Shown here one piece after another: positions 10,490 through 20,080 of a stretch of 64,000 nt of DNA. This DNA comes from Candidatus Sysuiplasma jiujiangense (lineage in GTDB: Archaea; Thermoplasmatota; Thermoplasmata; Sysuiplasmatales; Sysuiplasmataceae). The notes beneath the pieces were generated by a model. It made no database searches, was not told the origin of the DNA, and worked only from the letters and a program-made list of their open reading frames with translations. Position numbers and translations under genes: made by a program. The stretch spans positions 62,001 to 126,000 of the forward strand of contig JAHEAD010000001.1 of assembly GCA_019721075.1 (NCBI GenBank), given 5' to 3'. The stretch's first letter is position 1. Each line of letters starts with the position of its first letter.

Positions 10490-10667
10490 AAGGCCGTCTT
10501 CAGACTTAACGGAATTTTCCGCACCACCCCCCTGCTCTGGCTAGGTTTGTTCATCTGCAGGATAAAAAAAAGCATAGAATGATGAAATTCGATTTTTGTC
10601 TAGAAAGTTAATTAAATCCTGATAAGGACAATTGTCCTCGGAGTTTGAAATACCTACGGGTGCATAA

Positions 10668-13430
10668 ATGAACAGGATAATGATACTCTTAGCAGTCGCA
10701 ATTATGATTGTTTCCGCTGTCCTGGTGGTTGTGCCTTCGAACGCTGCAGCGTCCTCCAGCACGATAACGGCAAATAATGCATATGGAAATCTGCAATCCA
10801 GGTTTACCGTAAACGGCGCACTGTTCTACGGTGTATACACAACCGGCAATTCAGCCGTAATAATTTCCATACAGAACAGGTCCACGGGAAACATTGTGGC
10901 TACAACGTCAATTACGGAACCTTCCAGTGGAGCTTATCAATCCTGGGTTTCCTCAAATTTCAATTTCTTCGATCTGACGGGATACAGCCTCGGAAGCTAT
11001 GTGATGAACGCCTCCATAAATGGAGCTGTTGTCGCAAGCACTACGTTCAGTGTATTTAATCCTGTTTACACGACGTCTGTAGAATTCACGCTCTCTAACT
11101 TCTCGACACCAAACCAGTATTTCATTGACAGCGGCTACATTTATGCACACACGAAATCCGTTGATCAGTTCGGCAATCCGATGAGCGGGAACACCAGTGC
11201 CGGCCTTCAGCTTTTCTTCACGATGGGGATGTCCGGATCAGGCAACACTTTCAATCTCGGAACATATTCACCAGACGATTTTGGCATCGTTTTAATCAGT
11301 TTTCCGGCATACTACGGATTCAGCGGCTATGGTGCATATAATCTCACAGCTTATTTTGCAGGAACACCGAGCGGTTCGACCCTGAATAATCCACAGACCG
11401 GAAATTCTACCTATTTCATAATGAGCAATCAGATAACGATCTCCCCTCCTTCCACGAACAATGTATACGGGCAGGGGCTGCTGCTGAAGTTCTACGGCCA
11501 GTTTGAACCATACAATGGTTATGTAAACGCAACGATAACGAGCCTCAGCACGGGCCAGAGATATTTCGATTTGACGCAGAGCCGTGTTTACAGCGGCAAC
11601 TGGAATGCATCCTACTATGTTAATTACAGCGTACCCGACGGCCACTACATATTCAATGTTACTGAGACATCAAACGGGTACTTGTTCTACTCCAATGTCA
11701 TATCATTCCAGGCAATTTCAATCCAGGCGTACCCCAACCAGTTCAACTATCTGCCCGGTGAGCCTGCGGTAATTGACTACACCATTACAAATACCTCCAA
11801 CAATGCACCTGCAAGTAATGTGAGTGTAACCTATACTCTGAACTACACGACAAGCAATGGAAAACAGAGTGAAAGCGGAGTTGTCACCGGCGGAGTGCTC
11901 AATGTGATTATACCCGTTACTGCACAGTTCAGGTCAAAGGTGACCGTAACGCTTAATGCAATTGACAGTTTCGGCCACACTGCGTCGACAACTGTTGTTG
12001 TCGGAGTCAACGACCTAGCGAGCTACGTCTATACTGGCGCCTCAGCATATTACCACGGTGAGCCCATCACTGTCTATGTCGGCGCATTCGTATCACCATT
12101 CCGCGCCTTCCCCTCGTCACCTGTCACGGACGCCCTGGTTTATGCAAATATCAGCTTCCAGGGCACTGTTCTTGGCAGTTTCAGCCAGAGGGGCCTGACA
12201 ACGGACGGAAACGGGCAGGCCTCGTTTGTGCTGCTGTTTCCGGGCAACGCAACGCTTGGGACATACAGCATCAACGTCAGTGTGAGTGCCTATGGATGGC
12301 AGAGTCTGGCGGAAACAACGTTCGAACTTGTAAAACAAACGGCACAGTACTCGCTCGTCCTTGTGCCCTCGGAGGAAGCTTATGTCAGCGGCTCAGACTT
12401 CAGTGCAACATGGGAGCTGGTGAGCAACGGAACAGCATTGACTGGAGCTTCAGCCTCATATTCAGCCACAATCAACAACGGGGCGATAACTGCGGGAACA
12501 AGTTCAAACGGCCTGATTAAATTCCAGATACCTGCAGGCGATTACGGAACAATGACACTTTCGGTCCTGGCGGGCGATGTGAATGGCAACAGTGCTTCAG
12601 CCGTAATCAATGTACCTGTCGTCGAAGCCATGCTTGTAATAAACACGGGTGGAACATTCTACCTGCCCTCGCAGACAGTACAGGTATCATACTACATCGT
12701 CGGAAACGGATTTAATGCGCCTGAATACTACTACACGGTGACCGACGGGAATGGTTATACGGTGTTGAGCGGAAGCACCTTGAAAACCTCCTTTACATTC
12801 AAGGTGCCAAAGGTGCCAGCCGGCAGTTACACCATAACAGTCGTTGCGGCAAACGGCAGCTCGGGCAGAACAATAACATCATCTGACGCAATATTTCTCC
12901 AGTCGGGATTCCAGATATTCTTTTCACTATCCAGCTCCAGCTATGTCACCGACACATACACGCAGGGAAGCACTATAACCATCTACTACCGTATCGACAC
13001 ATACCAGCAGTCTTCAGCATCGCCGACTTACACGCTTCAGATTTCAATCCTCGGAGTTCCGGATTCATCGGTCACGCTGACTGTCGCATCGTCACAGGGC
13101 AGCATCAGATACAATGTCCCCTCATCGATTGGAAACGGCAATTATATTATTTCCGTGACGGCAATAGATGACAATGGACTTATCAGCTCTGCACTTCAAA
13201 ACATGGCAATTTCGAATGCACAGCCTGTGTGGAACTACAACGTAATAGGCGGAGTAAGTCTTGGCTCGGTATTATGGGGACTGATAACACTGATTGCACT
13301 CGGTGTTGCATTCATGGCCTATACCGGAAGGAAAATGCATCCCAGGGATCTTGGAAGAAGCGGGAAGAAGGAAGAAACCGAAAAGAAGAATGACAGCCCT
13401 CAGGATTCAGGCAAACAGGAACAGAAATAA
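10668..13430 (+). CDS. Large secreted glycoprotein with macroglobulin (MG2)-like Ig repeats and C-terminal TM; S-layer candidate
   Basis: Signal peptide; recurring starts NYLPGEPA, YYHGEPIT, AYVSGSDF, FYLPSQTV, TYTQGSTI; S/T/N/Y-rich; TM plus charged tail. Confidence 0.75.
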   Translation: MNRIMILLAVAIMIVSAVLVVVPSNAAASSSTITANNAYGNLQSRFTVNGALFYGVYTTGNSAVIISIQNRSTGNIVATTSITEPSSGAYQSWVSSNFNFFDLTGYSLGSYVMNASINGAVVASTTFSVFNPVYTTSVEFTLSNFSTPNQYFIDSGYIYAHTKSVDQFGNPMSGNTSAGLQLFFTMGMSGSGNTFNLGTYSPDDFGIVLISFPAYYGFSGYGAYNLTAYFAGTPSGSTLNNPQTGNSTYFIMSNQITISPPSTNNVYGQGLLLKFYGQFEPYNGYVNATITSLSTGQRYFDLTQSRVYSGNWNASYYVNYSVPDGHYIFNVTETSNGYLFYSNVISFQAISIQAYPNQFNYLPGEPAVIDYTITNTSNNAPASNVSVTYTLNYTTSNGKQSESGVVTGGVLNVIIPVTAQFRSKVTVTLNAIDSFGHTASTTVVVGVNDLASYVYTGASAYYHGEPITVYVGAFVSPFRAFPSSPVTDALVYANISFQGTVLGSFSQRGLTTDGNGQASFVLLFPGNATLGTYSINVSVSAYGWQSLAETTFELVKQTAQYSLVLVPSEEAYVSGSDFSATWELVSNGTALTGASASYSATINNGAITAGTSSNGLIKFQIPAGDYGTMTLSVLAGDVNGNSASAVINVPVVEAMLVINTGGTFYLPSQTVQVSYYIVGNGFNAPEYYYTVTDGNGYTVLSGSTLKTSFTFKVPKVPAGSYTITVVAANGSSGRTITSSDAIFLQSGFQIFFSLSSSSYVTDTYTQGSTITIYYRIDTYQQSSASPTYTLQISILGVPDSSVTLTVASSQGSIRYNVPSSIGNGNYIISVTAIDDNGLISSALQNMAISNAQPVWNYNVIGGVSLGSVLWGLITLIALGVAFMAYTGRKMHPRDLGRSGKKEETEKKNDSPQDSGKQEQK

Positions 13431-13458
13431 AAGTGTCCGCAGGTGAGCCAGTGTTGGC

Positions 13459-14277
13459 TCACTCTATTTTTATTGCGCCGTATCCGACAACATTTTCCAT
13501 TGGTTCGACCTGGCCGGAATGGCCATAGGAGAGAAGTGTTCCCTTGGTTGAATCCACGGCTGAAAGCATTGCTGCAACGGGACCGTAACCACACATGGTT
13601 ATTCTTTCACCGATGACTGTTTTGACGAGTCTGACAGGATCGAGGGCAAGTATCGATTCTATCGCCTTCATGTCTTTCACCTGAGCAGAGGCTGCAGGCA
13701 CATAGTGAGAGAAATCACTGGATGCAATGATTACGGCATCCTTCCCTTTCAGTACTCCGGCAATTCTTGACCCAAGCGAAATTGCGGTGTCCACATTCTG
13801 CGCTCCCATGCATACTGGTAAAAATTCAAAATCGCCCGATAAAAACTGCAGGAACGGAAGCTGAACCTCTATGGAATGTTCGGATGCCTGGGATATGTCA
13901 TCGAACTGAATATACCCGCCTTCCAGCATTTTTGATGTATGCATGTCCACTCCGACCTCACCAAAAGGCGTAAGGTAGTTCTCGCTCGACAGTGCCGTTG
14001 CCGGCCAGTCCGAATAGTGGTTTGGACCAATGACGACTATTGTCTCAGGAATGCCATCCTTCCAGAGCTCAAGATATGCATGGGCAGCTATTTCCCCGGA
14101 GTACACGTAGCCGGCATGCGGAACGACCATTCCCCTGATCTTTCTGCTGCTGCCTCTGTTATGCTCATCTGGAAGCTCGCCGGGTCCCCGGCCCGAGAGA
14201 AAGCACCTTCTGATGTCTTTCCTCAATTTGGCAGGGTCGGCATCATAAAACGTTCCGGAAACTGCAGGAAATCTCAT
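13459..14277 (-). CDS. MEMO1 family protein (AmmeMemoRadiSam system protein B)
   Basis: MRFPAVSGTFY, PHAGYVYSG, GPNH, EHSIEVQLPFLQ, SSDFSHY, TMCGYGP; start placed at ATG 14277. Confidence 0.93.
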   Translation of the reverse strand: MRFPAVSGTFYDADPAKLRKDIRRCFLSGRGPGELPDEHNRGSSRKIRGMVVPHAGYVYSGEIAAHAYLELWKDGIPETIVVIGPNHYSDWPATALSSENYLTPFGEVGVDMHTSKMLEGGYIQFDDISQASEHSIEVQLPFLQFLSGDFEFLPVCMGAQNVDTAISLGSRIAGVLKGKDAVIIASSDFSHYVPAASAQVKDMKAIESILALDPVRLVKTVIGERITMCGYGPVAAMLSAVDSTKGTLLSYGHSGQVEPMENVVGYGAIKIE

Positions 14278-14366
14278 AGCATGTATAACGACAGCCGGGC
14301 GTAAAAATGATTCCAAAACGAAAACTGGATTTCGGGCAGAAGGAGACAGAACTTTGCTTTTCTTAA

Positions 14367-14987
14367 TCAGATGGTCGCTTCGTAGTCGTCTATCGTGGGA
14401 GTGAACTCCTCATCTGATTTTACAGTTCCTCTTGCCTTTAGCACTTCCCTGGTGAGTAGCCAGTAAATGCACGCGAGCGCCCTCCTTCCCTTGTTATTGG
14501 TCGGAATGACTATATCGACGTTTCTGGTCTCGTTGTTTGCATCGCACAAACCCATGATGGGTATGCCGATGTTGAGCGCTTCATGCAGCGCCTGCTGATC
14601 GGCAGCAGGATCGGTGACGAAGAGCACTTCGGGTTCCGTGAATTCGGGAAGATTGGGATTCGTCATGGTGCCGGGTACAAACCTGCCCGGAAATGTTTTT
14701 GCGCCAATCCTGTCGCCAAAGAGTTTTGACGGCTTCTGGCCATACTGCCGTGCCGATACCACAAGTATGTTTGAAGGCTCGAATCTGGAAAGAAATTTAG
14801 AGGCGATCCTAAGCCTGGAGTCAGTCTGCTTTACATCCAGAACATAAAGACCGTCGCTCCTGATCTTGAAGATGAACGACTTCATATCCGCGCTCTTCTG
14901 CTGCGTTCCAATGTGAACACCTGACGTAAGGTAGACGTCTTCAGGTATCAGAAGATCTGTTGCGATCTGGGTCTGCTCACCTATCAT
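14367..14987 (-). CDS. rps2: 30S ribosomal protein S2 (uS2)
   Basis: [34 protein letters not shown]. Confidence 0.97.
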   Translation of the reverse strand: MIGEQTQIATDLLIPEDVYLTSGVHIGTQQKSADMKSFIFKIRSDGLYVLDVKQTDSRLRIASKFLSRFEPSNILVVSARQYGQKPSKLFGDRIGAKTFPGRFVPGTMTNPNLPEFTEPEVLFVTDPAADQQALHEALNIGIPIMGLCDANNETRNVDIVIPTNNKGRRALACIYWLLTREVLKARGTVKSDEEFTPTIDDYEATI

Positions 14988-15002
14988 TTAATTCCGTCCT
15001 CA

Positions 15003-15191
15003 TTAATTGTTCTTCTTCCGTCTAACTGTCATCGGTATTAAGTTTTTGCTGAACTCGAGCATTGAAATGTCAACAGGATCGATAAGCTCCCGGGGGACCT
15101 CAATCAATATCGGTGCGCCCATCGATATTTGAAGTGCCCTTGCTCCGATTATTCTTGCTCTTTCAAATCTCGTGTACTGCATGGTATTCAT
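15003..15191 (-). CDS. rpoK: DNA-directed RNA polymerase subunit K (Rpo6)
   Basis: [22 protein letters not shown] signature. Confidence 0.97.
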   Translation of the reverse strand: MNTMQYTRFERARIIGARALQISMGAPILIEVPRELIDPVDISMLEFSKNLIPMTVRRKKNN

Positions 15192-15527
15192 AAAGTCACT
15201 TCTGGTTTTGGGATTTACCGATTATATGCTCATTTTATAAGTATTTCGGCAGTTTTGCTGGCTTACAGGAGAGCTCTTCAGATATAAACCTGAGCATGAG
15301 ATGCCTTCCGGCTCAATAACTTGCATTATAATACGATATTCGTAGTATATTATATTTTTATACACTCGCCTTATAGAATTTGAAATAGCATATCGATACT
15401 TATAAACAATAAGATTAATTTGCACAATAATATTATTATTTCTCCTTCTCCACTCTGAGACTCGATCTGGCTCCAATCTGGTTCATTCAAATATACGATC
15501 CATACATTCGACTGACAGGTGTCATTT

Positions 15528-16856
15528 ATGCCAAAGGTTCCCGATATCAAAATTGAGCCCCCGGGCCCTGCCGCCAGGGAGATAATAGCCAAAGACGACA
15601 GCTATGTTGCGACCACCACCAAATCGCTGCAGATTGTCGCCAAACGGGCCAGGGGACTTGATGTCGAGGATGTGGATGGAAATATGTTCCTGGACTTTTC
15701 CAGCGGAATAAGTGTGCTTAACGTAGGGCACTGTCATCCCAGGATTGTAGAAGCAGTCAAGAGGCAGTCCGGGGAACTGATGCATTTTGCAGGAACGGAT
15801 TTTTATTATGATATCCAGGCTTCACTCGCCCAGAGACTTTCGGAAGTAACTCCAGGCACGTATGAAAAGAAGACGTTTTTCAGCAACAGTGGGACCGAAT
15901 CCGTAGAGGCGGCAATCAAAATCGCACGCTGGTCCACCCGCAGATCTAGAATGATCGCATTTATCGGTGCGTTTCATGGAAGGACAATGGGCTCGCTGTC
16001 ATTGACAGCCAGCAAGCCCGTTCAGCAGCAGAGGTTTTTTCCTGGCGTGCCGGGAGTGACACACCTCCCTTTCGCATACTGTTACAGATGCCCATACCAT
16101 CTGGAGTATCCTTCCTGTGATCTTTGGTGTGCAAAAACGCTTGAGGAGACATACTTCAGCACATTTGTACCTCCAGACGAGGTTGCGGCGCTATTTGGCG
16201 AACCCGTCCAGGGGGAGGGTGGATATGTGGTTCCGCCAAAGGAATTTTACCCTACCATACACAAAATCATCAAGAAACACGGAATTCTCTTTGCTGATGA
16301 TGAGGTCCAGGCGGGGCTTGGAAGAACAGGGAGGATGTGGGGAATAGAAAACTGGGGCATACAGCCGGATATAATGTCAATGTCGAAGTCCCTGGGATCC
16401 GGGATACCCATTGCCGCCACCGTCTTCAGGAAAGAACTTGATTTCGGTGTGGAGGGATCTCATTCGAACACCTTCGGAGGAAATCTGGTGGGCTGTGCCG
16501 CGTCTCTTGCAACACTCGATGTAATTAAGGACGAAAGGCTCGTAGAGAATTCCGCAAAGATGGGCGAATATTTCAGGAAGAGACTGGCTGAGCTTCAGGA
16601 GAAACATGAAATAATAGGTGATGTCAGGGGCCTCGGTCTGATGATAGCAGTCGAATTTGTCCGAAACAGAAAGACAAAGGAATTCGCTGTCAAGGAGAGG
16701 GACGACATCATCAATGGAGCGTTCAAGAGGGGACTGATACTGCTTGGCTGCGGCAAGTCAGGCGTCAGGCTGATACCTTCTCTGAACGTTACAAAAGAGC
16801 AGATTGATACAGCAACAGAAATAATCGACTCGTCGATTAGTGCCGTTGTAGACTGA
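15528..16856 (+). CDS. Class III PLP aminotransferase (4-aminobutyrate/acetylornithine family)
   Basis: NSGTESVEAAIK, AFHGRTMG, EPVQGEGG, DEVQAGLGRTG, SKSL PLP lysine. Confidence 0.92.
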   Translation: MPKVPDIKIEPPGPAAREIIAKDDSYVATTTKSLQIVAKRARGLDVEDVDGNMFLDFSSGISVLNVGHCHPRIVEAVKRQSGELMHFAGTDFYYDIQASLAQRLSEVTPGTYEKKTFFSNSGTESVEAAIKIARWSTRRSRMIAFIGAFHGRTMGSLSLTASKPVQQQRFFPGVPGVTHLPFAYCYRCPYHLEYPSCDLWCAKTLEETYFSTFVPPDEVAALFGEPVQGEGGYVVPPKEFYPTIHKIIKKHGILFADDEVQAGLGRTGRMWGIENWGIQPDIMSMSKSLGSGIPIAATVFRKELDFGVEGSHSNTFGGNLVGCAASLATLDVIKDERLVENSAKMGEYFRKRLAELQEKHEIIGDVRGLGLMIAVEFVRNRKTKEFAVKERDDIINGAFKRGLILLGCGKSGVRLIPSLNVTKEQIDTATEIIDSSISAVVD

Positions 16857-17996
16857 TCACTGGAGCATTTTTCTTGAGATTACAAGGCGCTGTATCTCAC
16901 TTGTGCCTTCATATATCTCCGTCACCCGTGCGTCACGGTAGAATCGCTCTACCGGTGTTCCCCTTATATAGCCAAGGCCGCCATGTATCTGAACAGCCCT
17001 GTCGGCCGCCATATTCGCTGTTTCCGAAGCGTATAGTTTTGCCATGGACGCGAGCAGGGAGAAATCCATTCCCTTATCCTTCAGGCAGGCGGCCTTGTAA
17101 AGCAGGAGTCTGGATGCTTCTATCCTTGTAGCCATATCGGCAATCATCCACTGGATTGCCTGAAATTCCGAAATCCGTTTGCCGAACTGCTCCCTCTGTT
17201 TTGAATAATCTATCGCTGCCTCCAGCGATCCCTGAGCGATGCCCAGACTTTGTGCCGCCACGCCTATCCTGCCGGCATCAAGCGTGGAAAGGGCAATCTT
17301 CATTCCCATTCCCTCTGTTCCAAGCAGATTCTCTTCAGGAACCTCACAGTTGTCCATCTTCACAGAAACCGTGCCGGATGCATTGAGCCCCATTTTCTTC
17401 TCAGGGGCAGATACTCTAAAACCGGGAAAATCCCTTTCCACTATGAAAGCACTCAAGCTGTGTGTCCTGTCGGAATGCCCGGTCCTTGCCATAACAAAAA
17501 ATGTGTCTGCCTTTTCACCATTTGTAATATAGAGTTTCTCACCATTGAGGATATAACTCTTCCCGTGTTTTACCGCAGTCGACCTCTCATTTGAAACGTC
17601 AGATCCTGCAGTTGCCTCCGTGATGCAGTATGCACCAAGCCTCCTGCCTGCCGCCAGCTCAGTAACATACTTCATCTTCTGTCCCCCGTTGCCGTACTTC
17701 AGAAAGGGATGCAGGACGAGCGAGTTATGCACTGAAACGATTATCGACACGGAAGCACTTATCCTTGCCAGTTCCTCTATAGCAAGTGCATAACTAACGG
17801 TATCCAGATCGCTCCCGCCGAGTTCCTGCGGGACCTGCATTCCCATGAGACCAATTTGAGACATTTTAGGAATCAGCTCTACGGGAAAGTGCATTGTTTC
17901 CTCGATATCGGAGGCGATGGGCCTTACCTCTCTTTCAGCAAAATCACGAACAGTTGAAAGCAGCAGCTTCTGTTCCTCATTGAGTTCGAAATTCAT
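16857..17996 (-). CDS. Acyl-CoA dehydrogenase
   Basis: CITEATAGSD, NGEKLYITNG, REQFGK, QIHGGLGY, IYEGTSEIQ. Confidence 0.95.
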   Translation of the reverse strand: MNFELNEEQKLLLSTVRDFAEREVRPIASDIEETMHFPVELIPKMSQIGLMGMQVPQELGGSDLDTVSYALAIEELARISASVSIIVSVHNSLVLHPFLKYGNGGQKMKYVTELAAGRRLGAYCITEATAGSDVSNERSTAVKHGKSYILNGEKLYITNGEKADTFFVMARTGHSDRTHSLSAFIVERDFPGFRVSAPEKKMGLNASGTVSVKMDNCEVPEENLLGTEGMGMKIALSTLDAGRIGVAAQSLGIAQGSLEAAIDYSKQREQFGKRISEFQAIQWMIADMATRIEASRLLLYKAACLKDKGMDFSLLASMAKLYASETANMAADRAVQIHGGLGYIRGTPVERFYRDARVTEIYEGTSEIQRLVISRKMLQ

Positions 17997-18079
17997 GCCT
18001 TCACCGTCGTTATATGAAGAGAGATTGATAAAAGATTATTGCGGAAGAGAAGGAGCGGCTGAACCTTTTCGGCCTGATA

Positions 18080-18241
18080 TCACGGCCAGTCCTGCTTCAC
18101 CCTGTCCGGATATTTTTCCTTATAGTGCTTGTAGCAGTCGTCATCACAGAAGAGGGGAACATTGACCCTGGCAGCTTCAGGATTATATCCGATCCTCAAT
18201 TCGCAATAGGAGCAGTGCATTACATGCGGATCATCCGGCAT
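18080..18241 (-). CDS. 53-aa TRASH/zinc-finger-like microprotein (absent from ORF track)
   Basis: Manual translation MPDDPHVMHCSYCELRIGYNPEAARVNVPLFCDDDCYKHYKEKYPDRVKQDWP; CxxC...FCxxxC; GGTG RBS 7 nt before ATG. Confidence 0.75.
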   Translation of the reverse strand: MPDDPHVMHCSYCELRIGYNPEAARVNVPLFCDDDCYKHYKEKYPDRVKQDWP

Positions 18242-18424
18242 TCGATAACACCGTTCATCACATCGTCCTCCAGGTTATTATTCCTTTGCGGTCTATCCGG
18301 CAGTGTAACGGGGGGATGCCGATGCTGGTCCGCTCCCGCAATATGTGTGAGAGCAGTGTGGTATTGCCCGCGGATTAAACAAACTTGAAATATCACGCCG
18401 TTATAGCAACGACAGGGTGGTTAG

Positions 18425-19267
18425 ATGGATTATGCTGACAAGGACGTACTGGTAAGCACGCAGTGGGTACACGATAACCTGAATAAAAAGGACATCAGAG
18501 TCGTAGAGGTCGATTACGACCCCGTTCCAAACTACAACCAGGGTCATATACCCGGCGCGGTACTCTTTGACTGGAAGAAGGATCTGAATAACCAGCTTAC
18601 GAGAGACATACTCACCAGGAAACAGCTCGAAGATCTTTTCAGCAACAGCGGAATCGACGAAAAGACCACGATCGTGCTTTATGGGGATTTCAATAACTGG
18701 TTCGCTGCATATGCTTTCTGGGATTTCAGGTATTATGGTGTGGAAAGGGTCAGGCTGATGAACGGAGGAAGGAAAAAATGGCTTTCCGAAGACAGACCGG
18801 TGACCAGGGATGTCCCTTCTTACAGTAAAACGGCATTCCGGGCAAGGGAGCCCAATCCGAAGATAAGGGCATTTATCGGTGATGTGAAAAAGGCGGCGGG
18901 CCAGAAAGACTGGAGACTTGTCGATGTCAGAAGCCCGGCTGAGTACACCGGACAGATTCTAGCCCCGCCTGAATACCCCAACGAGGGCGCACAGAGGGGC
19001 GGGCACATTCCCGGTGCGGCAAATATTCCCTGGTCGCAGGCCGTTAACGAAGACGGGACATTCAAGAGTGCCGATGAGCTGAAGAAACTCTATGAGCAGA
19101 AGGGAATAACGCCGGACAAGAACATTATAACGTACTGCAGGATCGGCGAAAGGTCATCGCACACATGGTTTGTTCTGCATCGTCTGCTTGGTTACAGAAA
19201 TGTCTGGAATTACGACGGTTCATGGTCTGAATGGGGAAATTCCGTTGGAATACCGATTGAGAAATGA
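18425..19267 (+). CDS. Tandem-domain rhodanese / thiosulfate sulfurtransferase
   Basis: GHIPGA twice, CRIGER active-site loop, YDGSWSEW. Confidence 0.95.
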   Translation: MDYADKDVLVSTQWVHDNLNKKDIRVVEVDYDPVPNYNQGHIPGAVLFDWKKDLNNQLTRDILTRKQLEDLFSNSGIDEKTTIVLYGDFNNWFAAYAFWDFRYYGVERVRLMNGGRKKWLSEDRPVTRDVPSYSKTAFRAREPNPKIRAFIGDVKKAAGQKDWRLVDVRSPAEYTGQILAPPEYPNEGAQRGGHIPGAANIPWSQAVNEDGTFKSADELKKLYEQKGITPDKNIITYCRIGERSSHTWFVLHRLLGYRNVWNYDGSWSEWGNSVGIPIEK

Positions 19268-19271
19268 GGCG

Positions 19272-19928
19272 TCACTGTTTTTTCAGAATGAAATGGAAAA
19301 TGTTTTCAATTTTCCTTCTCTCCATTATTCTGTTGCCTGTTTCATCAGACCATCTTACCATTTCGATCGGAGAGGTCTGATCGTCCGTTACCAGATGAAG
19401 GATGAAACCAGCCTTTTTCCCCTCCAGTTCCTGGTTGACCCTCGAGAGAACTGCATTGCATTCGCTGCCGATCTCTATCATTTCAACATCCGGCAGGTCG
19501 GAAAAGCATGTCAGCCTCAATTCTGAAACCTTCTTTTCAATGATCCCAGCGGCGCTGCCAGACGGGAGAAGGGAGCTCAATGCATTTTCAATGCTGACAG
19601 GCTCAATGACAGCAATCCAGTCGCTGCCATATATGGATGCGGAAGAAATGCCTGATGCACCGAGCGATTTGTTTATTTCGACAATTCTTGCAGAAAATGG
19701 CAGTCTGAGGGTCCCGAAATACCTGTCGCTTTCTACGGATGCAAGGCTCTTCCCTTCCTCTATGATCTCAGCGGTGTTTCTGGTTTTTATTCTGATGCCC
19801 TTGCCGCATGTCCAGAGTATGACGGAGCTGATTCCTGTGACAAATCCGTTTCCGGAGGGAGTGAACCAGAGATCCGCATCAGGGGAATAAAGAAGGTTGT
19901 CTGGGAAAACACATCCGTTGAAATTCAT
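19272..19928 (-). CDS. GcvH-like domain (no lipoyl-Lys) fused to a TusA-like sulfur-carrier domain
   Basis: N-terminal H-protein fold with VESDRY in place of VESVKA; C-terminal EIGSEC...LHLVTDDQTSPIEMVRW...FHFILKK TusA-like pattern. Confidence 0.7.
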   Translation of the reverse strand: MNFNGCVFPDNLLYSPDADLWFTPSGNGFVTGISSVILWTCGKGIRIKTRNTAEIIEEGKSLASVESDRYFGTLRLPFSARIVEINKSLGASGISSASIYGSDWIAVIEPVSIENALSSLLPSGSAAGIIEKKVSELRLTCFSDLPDVEMIEIGSECNAVLSRVNQELEGKKAGFILHLVTDDQTSPIEMVRWSDETGNRIMERRKIENIFHFILKKQ

Positions 19929-20080
19929 GTTTCAAGACACCGAGTCTTCAATACTCATTACCGGCATAAAATTTGCCTTGGCCTGAGCCGTGACCATAAC
20001 ATCCGACCAGGAAGCACAATCGGTTTCGGCCATTTTGAATGCTGCCGCCTCCTGCGCTGATCAAAATGACTGATGCCTGC

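Noticed and set aside
10579..10622. Possible C/D box sRNA (ATGATGA ... CTGA)
   Set aside because: No clear C'/D' boxes, AT-rich guides, and it overlaps the likely BRE/TATA of the large surface-protein gene
18125..18388. 87-aa plus-strand ORF in the track
   Set aside because: No motif; overlaps the better supported minus-strand four-Cys microprotein
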